A DNA stretch of 64,000 nt from a bacterium (GCA_027310625.1 DAIDAM010000002.1:1123-65122), one strand, 5' to 3'; shown: positions 1-10,398, counted from the stretch's first letter. Numbers and translations: made by a program. Notes: generated from the sequence alone by a model not told the origin.

Positions 1-1123
1 TCGCGAAGACCCCGAGCGACGGGTCGCTGATTTTTTGCCCAATGAGGTCGCGGAGCGCCGGCGGTTTTCCCGAAGACGAGGAATAAGCCGAAGCGGCCTG
101 AGAGTTTGTAGCCGCGAAGACAACGAAATTCCACGCCGCCGCGGCGTTTCTCGATTGCTTTGAAACCGCCAATCCCCAGTAGTAAGCATAGTTGACGGAG
201 TTGAACGACGTCGTCTGCGGCATGGGAGCGATTCCCATTCTCAAGAACGGACTTTTGTTCTTTATTTTCGCCACGTCCGCGCCGTACCCGAAGACCATTG
301 CCGTTTTTCCCGCGGCGAAGCCGTCAAAATCATTCGGCTGGCTATCGTTCCACGTGTAATAGTTTGACGAGGGATTGGCGAACTGAAGATAGAAATTGAA
401 GGCATTCGCTCCGTTTTCGGAAGCGAACGAAGCGTTATTCCCTGAAAGCATCGTTGTGCCGTTCTGGAAGATGAGATTGTTCAAAACGTCAACGGCGTTA
501 GTGATTGTTTTTTGCGAACCGCCGATGGCGGCGCCCGCTCTTGTTATCTCTCCGTTCGGCGAAATCGCGCGCAGTTTTGCGACCGCGTCTTCAAAGTCGC
601 TCCACGTCGCTGGCGGACCGACGACGCCGCCCTGGTCGAAAAGGTCTTTATTATAAATGAGAGCGAGTGTGTCGAAGTAAAGCGGAAGCGCGAAAATTTG
701 CTCCTGCGCGGTTCCGACTCCCGCCCCGAAATCAGTCTCGACTTCCGCAGGGAATAAATCCTGAACCTGCCCGGCGCTCAGCTGTGAGGGCGAAGCGGGG
801 TAAAGCGCCTTTATCAATTTTCCGAGTTGTCTGTTGTAAATCGGGAAAACGTCGGGACCCTGGCCAGACGCGAGCGCTCCCAAAAGATAATTTTCGTAGT
901 CGGCTGTTTTTATTTCTTTGTAGGAGATTTCAACATTCGGGCGGAGTTGTTTGTAGGCGCCGATCACCGGAGAAAAAACCTCGCCCTTGTCAAAACCCCA
1001 CACCAGAAGCGAAATTTTTTCTTTTCCGCTCGGCTGGCGGTTGAAAAAAACGAGAAGAGCGACGAGAGCGACGACGGCTAAAATCGCGCCTATGATTATT
1101 ATTTGCTTTTGGGAAAAATTCAT
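1..1123 (-). CDS. ABC transporter extracellular solute-binding protein (sugar-binding type), runs off the window edge
   Basis: Not in the ORF track. Manual translation from ATG 1123: MNFSQKQIIIIGAILAVVALVALLVFF (TM anchor)...LLVWGFD...ALASGQGPDVF, typical of SBP family 1. Confidence 0.75.
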   Translation of the reverse strand, partial: MNFSQKQIIIIGAILAVVALVALLVFFNRQPSGKEKISLLVWGFDKGEVFSPVIGAYKQLRPNVEISYKEIKTADYENYLLGALASGQGPDVFPIYNRQLGKLIKALYPASPSQLSAGQVQDLFPAEVETDFGAGVGTAQEQIFALPLYFDTLALIYNKDLFDQGGVVGPPATWSDFEDAVAKLRAISPNGEITRAGAAIGGSQKTITNAVDVLNNLIFQNGTTMLSGNNASFASENGANAFNFYLQFANPSSNYYTWNDSQPNDFDGFAAGKTAMVFGYGADVAKIKNKSPFLRMGIAPMPQTTSFNSVNYAYYWGLAVSKQSRNAAAAWNFVVFAATNSQAASAYSSSSGKPPALRDLIGQKISDPSLGVFA

Positions 1124-1191
1124 TTATCAAATCTGAAATCTTAAATCTGAAATCTGAAACCTTTCAAATTTCGTGCTTCAAATTTCGGATT

Positions 1192-3789
1192 TTAAATTAC
1201 AACTATTCCGGCAATTTTGTCTCCCTGTTTGAGGTTCATTATCCTCACTCCCTGCGCCGAGCGCCCCGTTGTCCTCACGTCGGAAATTTTCGTTTTTATC
1301 ACCTGCCCTTTTTCCGAAAGCGCCAGAAGTTCGGTCTCGCCGGAGATTACCCGCAGAGAAACGAGATGGCCGGTTTTTGCGGTAATGTTCGCCGTTTTTA
1401 TTCCCGAGCCGCCGCGGTTCTGAATTTTGTATTCTTTGAGCGGCGTCTGCTTGCCGAAACCGTTCGCCATCACCGCCAAAACCTTTGTCTCTGGTCTCTG
1501 GCCGCTTGTCTCTTTTCTAATTATATCAAACCCTGCGACCTCGTCGTCTTTCTTCAATTTTATCGCGCGCACGCCGGCGGCGGTTCGGGACATCGGGCGC
1601 GCCTGATTTTCCTTGAAGCGTATCGCCTGTCCGTTTTTCGTTCCGAGAATCAGCTGGTCGTTCCCGCTTGAAAGGCGAACCCACTTCAGCGCGTCGCCTT
1701 TCTTTCCGCCAGAGGCGGATCCGCCTTGGGCGGATAGCTTTATGGCGATGATTCCCGTCCGCCTGATGTTTTTGAAATCCTCCAACTTCGTTTTTTTGAT
1801 GACGCCGTTTTTGGTAATCATCATTAAATACGCGGACCGACGCTGACTTAACGCTGACTCTCGCGGACTTTCTCCACTTCCGCGTTGTTCTGCGTTCAGT
1901 CCGCGCTTGTCTGCGTAGGAGACCACGGCGCTGACGTTCTCGTCCGCCGGCAGTTCCAAGAAATTGTGTATCGCGCGTCCTTTGGAAACGCGGCTGGCGG
2001 CGGGGATTTCGTAAACCTTCGTTTGAAAAACTCTTCCTTTGTCGGTGAAGAAAAGAACGTTGTCGTGCGTGTGGGCGGCGAAAAACTGCGAGATGAAATC
2101 TTCTTCGCCGACCTCCGAGCCGATGAGTCCTTTCCCTCCGCGCTTTTGCGTCCTGAATGCGCCCGGCGGCAGACGTTTGATGTAGCCGCTCGCCGAGAGC
2201 GTTATCACCGCTTCCTCTTCGGGAACCAAGTCCTCTTCGCTGAAAGTTTTCACTCCGCCGGCGACGACCGCTGTTTTTCTCCCGCCCTCCCAAATTTTGC
2301 CGCTTGCCCCACTAAATTTGCTTGGCAAATTTTGAGGGGTGAATGAAACTTGGGAGGGTGAACCGCCGTATTTTTCCTTCAGTTCCGCCACTTCCTTTTT
2401 TACGATGCCGACGATTTTCGCCGGGCTTTTCAAAATGATGCCGAGTTCCTTTATGAGTGCGAGTTTTTCCTTCAGTTCGTCCTCGATTTTTTGTCGTTCG
2501 AGAGCGGCGAGCGTCTGCAGTTTCATTTCGAGGATGGCGTTCGCCTGAATTTCGCTCAACTTGAATTGTTTGACGAGGTTTTGGTGCGCGTCGTTTCTGT
2601 CCTTAGATTTTTTTATCGTCGCGATGACTCTGTCTATTGAACCAAGCGCCTTATGAAGTCCTTCAAGAATGTGCGCCCGCTCCTCCGCTTTTTTCAGTTC
2701 AAACTCCGTCCGTTTTCTGACGACTTTTTTTCTGTGTTCGAAATACGCCGAGATGACGTCTTTTAAAGTCATCAGCTGCGGTTGGATGCCGTCCGCGAGC
2801 GCAATCATATTCATATGAAAATATTTTTGAAGGTCGGTGTGCTGATAAAGTTGATTCAGAACTTTCTGCGGATTGGCGTCGGTTTTGAGCTCGATGACGA
2901 TGCGCAGTCCCTCGCGGTCGGATTCGTCGCGGATGTCGCGTATCCCCTCGATTTTTTTGTTCTGCACGAGGTCGGCGATGTGTTTGATGAGTTCCGCTTT
3001 GTTTACCTGATAGGGAATTTCGGTGACGACGATGTCGTATTGCCTGTTTTTTCTTTCCTGAATGTCGGTTTTCGCCCGCGTCAGAATCGGCCCCTTGCCG
3101 GAAACGTACGCTTCGCGAATCGCTTTCTGGTCGAAAATTATTCCGCCAGTCGGAAAGTCGGGACCCTTGATGAATTTCAGAAGGTCGTCGGAGTCGGCGT
3201 CGGGATTGTCGGCGAAGTAAATCACGGCGTCGGCGACTTCCCCGATGTTGTGCGGCGGAATGTTCGTCGCCATGCCGACGGCGATGCCCACCGTGCCGTT
3301 CAAAAGGAGATTGGGGAGTTTCGCCGGCAGAACTTTCGGTTCCTGCCTCGTGGTGTCGTAGTTCGGCTGCCATTCAACCGTTTCCTTTTCAATATCCGCG
3401 AGCATTTCCTCGCTTATTTTGGAAAGTTTCGCCTCCGTGTATCTCATTGCCGCCGGAGCGTCGCCGTCAACGCTGCCGAAATTTCCCTGACCGGTCACAA
3501 GGGGATATCTCAGCGACCATTCCTGAACCATTCTCGCAAGAGTGTCGTAAATGGAAGCGTCGCCGTGCGGATGGTAGCGGGCCATGGTTTCGCCGACCAC
3601 GTTCGCGGACTTTCTCGTTTTGGCGAGATGCGTCAAGCCGCTGTCCCACATCGCCCAGAGAATTCTTCTCTGCACCGGCTTCAGTCCGTCGCGGACGTCG
3701 GGCAGAGCGCGGCTGACGATGACCGACATCGCATAGTCGAGGTACGATTCCTGAAGCTCCGTTGTTATTTCGCGTTTTTGAATGGGCAT
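1192..3789 (-). CDS. gyrA: DNA gyrase subunit A
   Basis: [28 protein letters not shown], catalytic AAMRYTE, GyrA box QKRGGKG; contains four repeat-derived in-frame insertions. Confidence 0.97.
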   Translation of the reverse strand: MPIQKREITTELQESYLDYAMSVIVSRALPDVRDGLKPVQRRILWAMWDSGLTHLAKTRKSANVVGETMARYHPHGDASIYDTLARMVQEWSLRYPLVTGQGNFGSVDGDAPAAMRYTEAKLSKISEEMLADIEKETVEWQPNYDTTRQEPKVLPAKLPNLLLNGTVGIAVGMATNIPPHNIGEVADAVIYFADNPDADSDDLLKFIKGPDFPTGGIIFDQKAIREAYVSGKGPILTRAKTDIQERKNRQYDIVVTEIPYQVNKAELIKHIADLVQNKKIEGIRDIRDESDREGLRIVIELKTDANPQKVLNQLYQHTDLQKYFHMNMIALADGIQPQLMTLKDVISAYFEHRKKVVRKRTEFELKKAEERAHILEGLHKALGSIDRVIATIKKSKDRNDAHQNLVKQFKLSEIQANAILEMKLQTLAALERQKIEDELKEKLALIKELGIILKSPAKIVGIVKKEVAELKEKYGGSPSQVSFTPQNLPSKFSGASGKIWEGGRKTAVVAGGVKTFSEEDLVPEEEAVITLSASGYIKRLPPGAFRTQKRGGKGLIGSEVGEEDFISQFFAAHTHDNVLFFTDKGRVFQTKVYEIPAASRVSKGRAIHNFLELPADENVSAVVSYADKRGLNAEQRGSGESPRESALSQRRSAYLMMITKNGVIKKTKLEDFKNIRRTGIIAIKLSAQGGSASGGKKGDALKWVRLSSGNDQLILGTKNGQAIRFKENQARPMSRTAAGVRAIKLKKDDEVAGFDIIRKETSGQRPETKVLAVMANGFGKQTPLKEYKIQNRGGSGIKTANITAKTGHLVSLRVISGETELLALSEKGQVIKTKISDVRTTGRSAQGVRIMNLKQGDKIAGIVVI

Positions 3790-4237
3790 AGATTAGACAT
3801 TAGACATCAGTTATCAGACATCAAAAGTTATTCTAATTACTGATTACTGATGACTGATTATTATTAACTCAGGGCTTAATGATGTAACTCGTCGGCTGAA
3901 GAATGAAATCAACGACGCTTTTTATCGCGCCGCCGATTGTTTTTACCACTATCGCAAGACCGGCTTTGAACGTTTCAAAAAAGGCGAGCCCGTTGCCCCC
4001 TCCAATGTTTTGCTGTTCCGCCGGGCTCACAGGACCGAGAAGGGAGTTGAAATACTTCAGCCACAAAAAAACTACCACCGCTATCGCCACGCCGGAAAAT
4101 ACAAAAAGCCATTTCCTTTTTTCGGCGTCGTCGCTTTCCTGAATTTTTTTCAAAAAATCGTTCATTTTAGATTAGACATCAGACATCAGTAATCAGACAT
4201 TAGAAGTTTTAACCCTGATTTCTGATGACTGATTACT
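3790..4237. repeat. Two similar heptamer arrays (AGACATC / TGATTAC type) at about 3790-3865 and 4168-4237 flanking a small ORF
   Basis: agattagacattagacatcagttatcagacatc...ctgattactgatgactgatta versus agattagacatcagacatcagtaatcagacatt...ctgatttctgatgactgatta. Confidence 0.8.
3869..4165 (-). CDS. Small membrane hypothetical protein
   Basis: 98-aa ORF with a TM segment, co-oriented with gyrA. Confidence 0.7.
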   Translation of the reverse strand: MNDFLKKIQESDDAEKRKWLFVFSGVAIAVVVFLWLKYFNSLLGPVSPAEQQNIGGGNGLAFFETFKAGLAIVVKTIGGAIKSVVDFILQPTSYIIKP

Positions 4238-4238
4238 A

Positions 4239-4799
4239 TTAACTGGCTTTCAGTATCACCGCCTTGTTTTTCATATTCTCCAAATCCTTTTTCTTGAAGA
4301 CGAATTTTTCCTGAACATCCGCTTTCTGCCCGAGCGCTTTTGCGAGCGCATCGGGCTTTTTTGAAAAGCTCGGTATCACCGCCGCCGGTTCCATTTTTTT
4401 CACGAGCTTCGCCGCGTCTTCCTCCGACAAAAAATGTTCGCCGACGGGAACGAAAAGCACGTCCTGTTCACTCAATTCTTCGGCGATTTCCGGTTCCAGT
4501 CCGTTTGAAAGATGGCCGAGAAAAACGAAACTTAAACCCTCCCATTTCACGAGATAAACCGACTTTATGAATTTCGCGGTTGATTCTTTCGTCACAGGCC
4601 AGCCGCGCACCTGCATGTCTTTTGCTTCATATTCTCCCGGGAAACCGATTTCGTTTTCAGTGGGCATTTCCGCCTCCGGCGAAGCGATCGTCCTTAAAAC
4701 AACGTCGCCTTTGAGGCGGTTGCTGTTCGGGTCAACAAGAAGCGAAACATCCCCGCTCTGCAATCGGAAACACCCGTCGCCGAAGTAATTGATAACCAT
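4239..4799 (-). CDS. MBL-fold metallo-hydrolase-like protein (degenerate)
   Basis: INYFGDGCFRLQ...LLVDP, FPGEYE, DVLFVPVG, EPAAVIP; no HxHxDH motif. Confidence 0.7.
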   Translation of the reverse strand: MVINYFGDGCFRLQSGDVSLLVDPNSNRLKGDVVLRTIASPEAEMPTENEIGFPGEYEAKDMQVRGWPVTKESTAKFIKSVYLVKWEGLSFVFLGHLSNGLEPEIAEELSEQDVLFVPVGEHFLSEEDAAKLVKKMEPAAVIPSFSKKPDALAKALGQKADVQEKFVFKKKDLENMKNKAVILKAS

Positions 4800-4884
4800 G
4801 ATTTTATGCTGAATTACCGCTCAATTTTACCCCAAAAAACAATTGATTTCAAATGAAAAATCGCGAAAATTTAGTACGCCCTTG

Positions 4885-5685
4885 TTATTTTTTCGCGGTT
4901 AAAAAGAACAATTCCCAGCCAAGTTCATAATGGCTGCCGACTTTCTTAAATCCGAGATACTTTTTGGCAATTGAAAACGATTCCTCTTTAGCGCATCTTG
5001 CGTTGTGTATGGTGTGAATAAAGTTTTTCGCTTCTTTTACAGATGAAAACCTCCATGGGACATAAGCAATTTTCACTTTTACATTCTCAAACCCTGCGTT
5101 TTTAACCGCTTTTACCAATTCTTTTTTCTTGAAGAAATTGTGCGGATGACCAAGAGGGAAGCAATGTTTCGGGTCATCTATAGAATGGAAATATTTTTGT
5201 GAAATTGTGCCGTGTAGCACGTCGCCAATGACTAATCTGCCGCCCTTTTTGAGGTTTCTATAGAAATACTTCAGCGCTTTTTTTCTTCCGTGGTCTCCCG
5301 TGCCCCTTCTGTCAAAGTGGTGGAGCGTAGCAAGAGACGTAACGACGTCAAAGAGATTTTCATATTTTTTTCCGCTGAGAAACGGTTTTTTAGGGGATAG
5401 TAGGATTACTTTTATATTCAAATTTTTTCTTTTACTTTTTTTAATTGCTTCTTTTATGCTGCCCGCGTCCACGTCTGTCGTTATAATTTCGCCGTTTTTC
5501 CCGACCGCCTTAGCCAAGGGAAGCGCAAGATAGCCGTTGCCTGTGCCGACTTCCCAGATTTTCATACATCTTTCCGGGGCAACCAATGAGAAAATCTTTT
5601 TAAATTCGTTTTCTCTTGCGTGCGGTTTTTCGGAATTCGCCTTTCTGTAATTTTTCCACCTAACCTTTATTTCTTTCGTTGTCAT
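4885..5685 (-). CDS. Class I SAM-dependent methyltransferase
   Basis: EVGTGNG motif I, FDVVTSLATLHH, LKKGGRLVIGD; start set at ATG 5685 because the track ORF (5787) overlaps the divergent gene. Confidence 0.85.
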   Translation of the reverse strand: MTTKEIKVRWKNYRKANSEKPHARENEFKKIFSLVAPERCMKIWEVGTGNGYLALPLAKAVGKNGEIITTDVDAGSIKEAIKKSKRKNLNIKVILLSPKKPFLSGKKYENLFDVVTSLATLHHFDRRGTGDHGRKKALKYFYRNLKKGGRLVIGDVLHGTISQKYFHSIDDPKHCFPLGHPHNFFKKKELVKAVKNAGFENVKVKIAYVPWRFSSVKEAKNFIHTIHNARCAKEESFSIAKKYLGFKKVGSHYELGWELFFLTAKK

Positions 5686-5768
5686 AACTTTAATCTCTAC
5701 CCTAACTTCCGCAATAAAACAAGCACCCCTCCTTTTTTTATCCGTCGAGGGAGTGTAAAATTTGTGCG

Positions 5769-7034
5769 ATGCCTGCGATAAAAACAATTCCGGAACTCTT
5801 GTCTTTTGTCTGGGATAATCCCCATTCCGATTTCTACAAAAAAAAGTACGAAGCTGCTGGTTTCACAAAGGGAAACGTTCTCAAGCCCGACAATTTCGCG
5901 AAGCTCCCGCCGCTTATTCGCGCCGAGCTTGAATCAACGCCGCCCGATGAGCGACTCTTCGTAAAAAAAGAAGACGTTGAATTCGTCGCCTATACGTCGG
6001 GAACGACAAGCGGAAATCCGCTCGTGATTTATTTTTCGGAGATAGAAAACCACTATTTTGATCCCACGCTCGGGACAGACGCTAGGCGAATTCTTGTAGT
6101 GCATCCTCCTTTGGCGAGGAATTTCGGACACACTTTTGTGAAGCAATGCCGCCAGGCGAAAAACAAGTGCACCCCGATTTTCGCCGACTTCCAGAATCTC
6201 TTAAACAGCGCTGTCATCGCCGCAAAAGTAAAAGCGGACGCAATTTGCACGCTTCCGACCCTGGCTTTCGATTTGGCGAAGCACATTGAGAAATACTACG
6301 ACCCGAAAGCGATAAAGCTCATCATCGTTTCTTCGGAAACCCTTACTGCGGCAAAGCGCGAGATTCTTGCGGAAAAATTCCCGAATGCCAAAATCGCAAA
6401 CGTCTACGGCAACGCGGAAGTCGGCCAGTTTTTTTTCTATCCCTGCAAGAAAATGATGGACGAAAAAAGCGACAAATTTCACGTTCTCAATCCTCCGATT
6501 ATGAAAACGGAGCTGGTGAACGGCGAACTTGTGATAACGTGCGCTAACAATCTTGCGACTCCGCTGATTCGCTATCGTACGGGCGACTATTTTGAGATTG
6601 TGGAAGAGAATTGTTCATGCGGAACCCCCGGACCGGTTCTCGCCATGTCCGGTCGCGACAAAATTGACAGACTTCGGATAGGAGGCGTGGAAATAAAAGT
6701 CGCCGACGTTGAAAAAATCTTTATGCCGATTCTCAATCTTACCGGCGACAAGTACCAACTCCACTTTTACGAAGTAGACAGCGATTCCGGGTTGAAAGTA
6801 AAGACGGTTGTAGAGATTTTGAAGGAAAGCAAGCCGGCGATGTTTTCGGAAAGCGACATCAGTTCTTCAATTTTGAAGCACCTTTTGGATAATTGGGTTC
6901 TCGCTCCCGGAACAACGTTGAGGAACGCTGTGGACAAAGGCAGTTTCACGTTTCCTGAAATAAAATTCGTTGATGAGTTTTCGCTCAAGAGCGGTAAAAT
7001 GAGACGGCTCGTCGGACACTTTGATGAAAAATAA
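5769..7034 (+). CDS. Phenylacetate-CoA ligase / F390 synthetase-like adenylate-forming enzyme
   Basis: YTSGTTSGNP P-loop, YGNAE, PLIRYRTGD, CSCG, SGKMRR. Confidence 0.85.
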   Translation: MPAIKTIPELLSFVWDNPHSDFYKKKYEAAGFTKGNVLKPDNFAKLPPLIRAELESTPPDERLFVKKEDVEFVAYTSGTTSGNPLVIYFSEIENHYFDPTLGTDARRILVVHPPLARNFGHTFVKQCRQAKNKCTPIFADFQNLLNSAVIAAKVKADAICTLPTLAFDLAKHIEKYYDPKAIKLIIVSSETLTAAKREILAEKFPNAKIANVYGNAEVGQFFFYPCKKMMDEKSDKFHVLNPPIMKTELVNGELVITCANNLATPLIRYRTGDYFEIVEENCSCGTPGPVLAMSGRDKIDRLRIGGVEIKVADVEKIFMPILNLTGDKYQLHFYEVDSDSGLKVKTVVEILKESKPAMFSESDISSSILKHLLDNWVLAPGTTLRNAVDKGSFTFPEIKFVDEFSLKSGKMRRLVGHFDEK

Positions 7035-8616
7035 TATCAAAGAATTTTTGGAAAAAAGGCCGCTGATTCTTCCTGTTGCGTCGGCGATTCTTTTGGTTGC
7101 CTCGTCTTACCCCTTTGATTTGTGGCCGCTGTCCATTGTTGCGCTCGCGCCATATTTTTACTTCATATATTTTTCCGAAAAAATTTCACTTAAAACGTTA
7201 TTCTTCGGAGGTTTTCTTTTTGGCTTCATTGTCGCGATTTCGCTCTCGTATTTCTCAATATTTCAGTTTCATTGGCTTCCGGAAACATATCTTTTTGTAT
7301 GGGCATTCAGGTTCGCCGGATTGCCGATATCGCTGGTGGCGGGATTGATTTCGGGGATTTTCTTGTCCGTAGTGCCGCGTTTTCTGAGAATCAATTTGGT
7401 TTTTGATATTTTTACAACATCGGTTTTCTACGCACTGGCAGAATATCTTGTAAATCAACTTTTCTTCGGCTACAACCTGGCGCGAATATCGTATCCACTT
7501 CATAACATTCCTTTCGTCGTCGGTATGGCGAGTATCGGCGGCGTGATTCTCTCGTCTTTTATGGTCGCGCTAGTGAATGCTTTCGTCGCCGCGTTTTTTG
7601 TTGTTCGGGGAAATGCGGGGAAATATCCCGGATACGGAAAGAAGCTCGCTTTTTCATTTGCCGTTACTTTTCTTGTATTCGCGGCAATTTATTCCTTGAA
7701 CTACGCGCGACTTAATGGCTTGCAGGCGGAGAAAAAAGAAGCGACTTTTGCGGTTATACAATTCGGCAGCAAGGGCGAGAAATTCGGCGAGTTCAAAAAC
7801 GGAAATTTCGAATTTCCGGAACTTCAAAAATATGTTTTGGAAGCGCAGAAATTAAACCCCGATTTCATAGTTTATCCGTTCAGTTTGACGGGCAACGTTG
7901 TCCCTTTTGAAGAAAGAAACAAATTTTTGGGCGACAGAGGAATAATTATTAAGGGGAGCATGTCGAAAATAGGCGACTGGCTGAAAAACATCGTTTCTTC
8001 AAGCACAGTTTTTGTTTCTTGGAACAACGTTGTCCGCGACGGCATTTATGGGGAGGTTGATTTCTGGCAGGACGGAAAAGTTATTCAGAGTTACAACAAG
8101 CGGAACATATTCCCTTTCATTGACTATACGCCAGAATTTTCAAAAAAAATCGGGCTTTACACGGTGCCGATAAACATGACGCCCGGTCCTCGCGGCCAGG
8201 TTTCCAAAATCGGCGATTTGAGTTTTAATACTTTGATTTGCTCGGAAATAACAAGTCCGGTTTTGGCGCGCGAGGGCGGGGCGAATATACTCATTTCCCC
8301 CGGTTCGGAAGCGGTTTTCCGAGGAAGCACGATGGGTTACGTTGATTTGGTGTCGGCGCAGTTCCGCGCGGCGGAAAACTATGCGCCGGCGGTGAGGGCG
8401 AACCGCTTCGGCCCCTCGGCGCTGATTGATTCGAGCGGGATGATTGTTAAAAAAATGGATTACGACGAAGAAGGAATTTTATTAGGGAAAGTTGGTTACC
8501 AAAAAAATGGTTCTTCAACTTTATATTCAAGATGGGGCGATGCAGCGCCCGTTGCCGCGGGACTTATTTTCCTGGCAATCGCGGCGATGTTGAAGATGCG
8601 GAGAAAAGAAAATTAA
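7024..8616 (+). CDS. lnt: Apolipoprotein N-acyltransferase-like protein (TM domain plus nitrilase fold)
   Basis: Multiple TM helices, YNKRNIFPF, LICSEI, FRAAEN, RANRFGPSALID; the usual catalytic Glu is not seen. Confidence 0.75.
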   Translation: MKNNIKEFLEKRPLILPVASAILLVASSYPFDLWPLSIVALAPYFYFIYFSEKISLKTLFFGGFLFGFIVAISLSYFSIFQFHWLPETYLFVWAFRFAGLPISLVAGLISGIFLSVVPRFLRINLVFDIFTTSVFYALAEYLVNQLFFGYNLARISYPLHNIPFVVGMASIGGVILSSFMVALVNAFVAAFFVVRGNAGKYPGYGKKLAFSFAVTFLVFAAIYSLNYARLNGLQAEKKEATFAVIQFGSKGEKFGEFKNGNFEFPELQKYVLEAQKLNPDFIVYPFSLTGNVVPFEERNKFLGDRGIIIKGSMSKIGDWLKNIVSSSTVFVSWNNVVRDGIYGEVDFWQDGKVIQSYNKRNIFPFIDYTPEFSKKIGLYTVPINMTPGPRGQVSKIGDLSFNTLICSEITSPVLAREGGANILISPGSEAVFRGSTMGYVDLVSAQFRAAENYAPAVRANRFGPSALIDSSGMIVKKMDYDEEGILLGKVGYQKNGSSTLYSRWGDAAPVAAGLIFLAIAAMLKMRRKEN

Positions 8617-9248
8617 AACAATCTCGGGAAAATCGCTCCGTGCGGCATTTGGTTGAAATATGTTTCCCCCAGAGTTCCCGTGATTTCATTCTCTTCTTCA
8701 TCTGCTATTTTGTAGAGAACAGGAAGAACTATAAAAAATGCGGATAGAATTCCAAGCCAGTTCATAAACATCAAAGACGGTCCAAGCCAAATCAAAAAGA
8801 AGCCTAGATAAATCGGGTGCCTGATAAATTTGTATGGGCCGGTTCTGACGAGCATTTGGCTCGGAGGAACAACGGGGACGAATTTTCCTTTCCATACTCC
8901 GCCGAGATAATAATTGGAAACTATTGAAAGCAAAACGCCGAAGGTGAAAATTACAAGTCCTACATAAAGAAAGTATGGTTCCAAACTTTTTATTTTGATT
9001 GCTCCGGTTCCCGTCAAAAGGAAAGCGTAAAGCAACAAATGGAGAATTATTATAAGTTTTATAAGTCCCTTTCCGACGACGGGTGTTTCCGTGGCGGTTC
9101 GCATACCGCCCTTTTTTCTTGCACCCATCGCACCGACGAGAAACATGCCTAAAACATAAATCATAACCAAAACTAAGCTCGCGATTTTCGCAAATCTGTC
9201 TTCAAACAAGAATTGGATGCCGAAAATTTGTAATAAAAGCTCGTTCAT
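8613..9248 (-). CDS. Isoprenylcysteine carboxyl methyltransferase / PEMT-family membrane protein
   Basis: LVRTGPYKFIRHPIYLG and EE near the C-terminus; track ORF extends to 9266. Confidence 0.85.
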   Translation of the reverse strand: MNELLLQIFGIQFLFEDRFAKIASLVLVMIYVLGMFLVGAMGARKKGGMRTATETPVVGKGLIKLIIILHLLLYAFLLTGTGAIKIKSLEPYFLYVGLVIFTFGVLLSIVSNYYLGGVWKGKFVPVVPPSQMLVRTGPYKFIRHPIYLGFFLIWLGPSLMFMNWLGILSAFFIVLPVLYKIADEEENEITGTLGETYFNQMPHGAIFPRLF

Positions 9249-9296
9249 TTTAGTGACTAGCGACAAAGAAACCAGGGACTGGCTTCTTTTTTAGAT

Positions 9297-9488
9297 TTAG
9301 AGAATGGAATTGCAGCCGGGGAAATTAGGTTCCTCTTGCGCCACGGCGCAGTTCGGGGATTCGGCAACCTTTATCTTCTGGCTGTCCGCAAGCCCCTTTT
9401 TCACGAAATTCGCGGCCTTCTGGAAGAAAAGAGCGGCGACCGCAAACACAACTCCGGCGACGAGAATTATTTTTTTGATTTTTGTCAT
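9297..9488 (-). CDS. Small membrane-anchored peptide with two C-terminal Cys
   Basis: 63 aa, N-terminal TM, ends PNCAVAQEEPNFPGCNSIL. Confidence 0.6.
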   Translation of the reverse strand: MTKIKKIILVAGVVFAVAALFFQKAANFVKKGLADSQKIKVAESPNCAVAQEEPNFPGCNSIL

Positions 9489-9540
9489 AGTGTTTACTGA
9501 TAATTGATGACCGATAACCGACCTTTGGAAATTAACTTGG

Positions 9541-10398
9541 TTATGGCGCGACTTCTCTTAAATTAATTTTCTTTATAGTGACGGTCGTTTGGTAATCGGC
9601 AGGTCCGCCGCGGCCTGTGCACGAAAGCGTGTACGTTGTTGTCTCTCTCGGCGCGACAGTCCTTGAACCACTTGAGGGATCCACGCTTCCTATTCCCTGA
9701 TCAATTGAACAAGAATCTGCGTTTTGACATCCCCAGGAGACGGATGTTGTCTGCGGCGGGATTATTGACGACGGGTTCGGAGAAAAACTGCAGACTGGAG
9801 GCGGCGGTGGCGGAGGAGGAGCACACCTTGATTCCGGAGGAGACGTAGTAAGTTCGGAGCCGTCTGGTCCAACACAGGAAGTGCAAACTATTCCTCCATC
9901 CTCGTTGTAGGAGTAATTCCACGTGCCCTGATAAGATTCTCCACATGAGTTAATTGGCCCGTAGCAGTTTCCGCCCGCGACGCACTGTGCCTGGGGAACA
10001 TTAGAGGTTTCCCCTGTGTAATCTCCGGAACCGTATGTAAGAAGTCCGGCGGCAGCAGATTCCCCGAATACAAGTGGAGCGCTAAGTGAAGTTTGAAGAG
10101 CATACAAGCCCGCGCCAGCTTCGTTAACTCCAACAAACACAAGAGACCCTTCTGAAAGCACCCCTGTATTTATTAATCCCTGCACTGCAACCACTCCGGT
10201 ACTCTCCGCCCCGCCTAGCGGTACTAATACTTCTGGACCGACTATCACTGCGGCTGCAATGAGGGCTATAGTTAAAAGGTCTGCATCTGCTGAGACGCCG
10301 ACAGGCATTATAAGTAGAGAAATGCTCAGAAACGAAGCAACTATTGTATAGTACATCCTGATCTTGTGGATATCTTTGATTGGTGAGATTGGTGACAT
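9541..10398 (-). CDS. Secreted Cys-rich protein with poly-Pro linker and C-terminal Ig/PKD-like module
   Basis: Hydrophobic N-terminus, Cys-rich middle, poly-Pro run, SWGCQNADSCSIDQGIG...TTTYTLSC. Confidence 0.65.
   Translation of the reverse strand: MSPISPIKDIHKIRMYYTIVASFLSISLLIMPVGVSADADLLTIALIAAAVIVGPEVLVPLGGAESTGVVAVQGLINTGVLSEGSLVFVGVNEAGAGLYALQTSLSAPLVFGESAAAGLLTYGSGDYTGETSNVPQAQCVAGGNCYGPINSCGESYQGTWNYSYNEDGGIVCTSCVGPDGSELTTSPPESRCAPPPPPPPPVCSFSPNPSSIIPPQTTSVSWGCQNADSCSIDQGIGSVDPSSGSRTVAPRETTTYTLSCTGRGGPADYQTTVTIKKINLREVAP

Noticed and set aside
2782-3843. 353-aa plus-strand ORF, and similar long shadow ORFs (36513-37445, 56112-56846, 29157-29870)
   Set aside because: They are antisense to well-supported genes and have no recognizable motifs.
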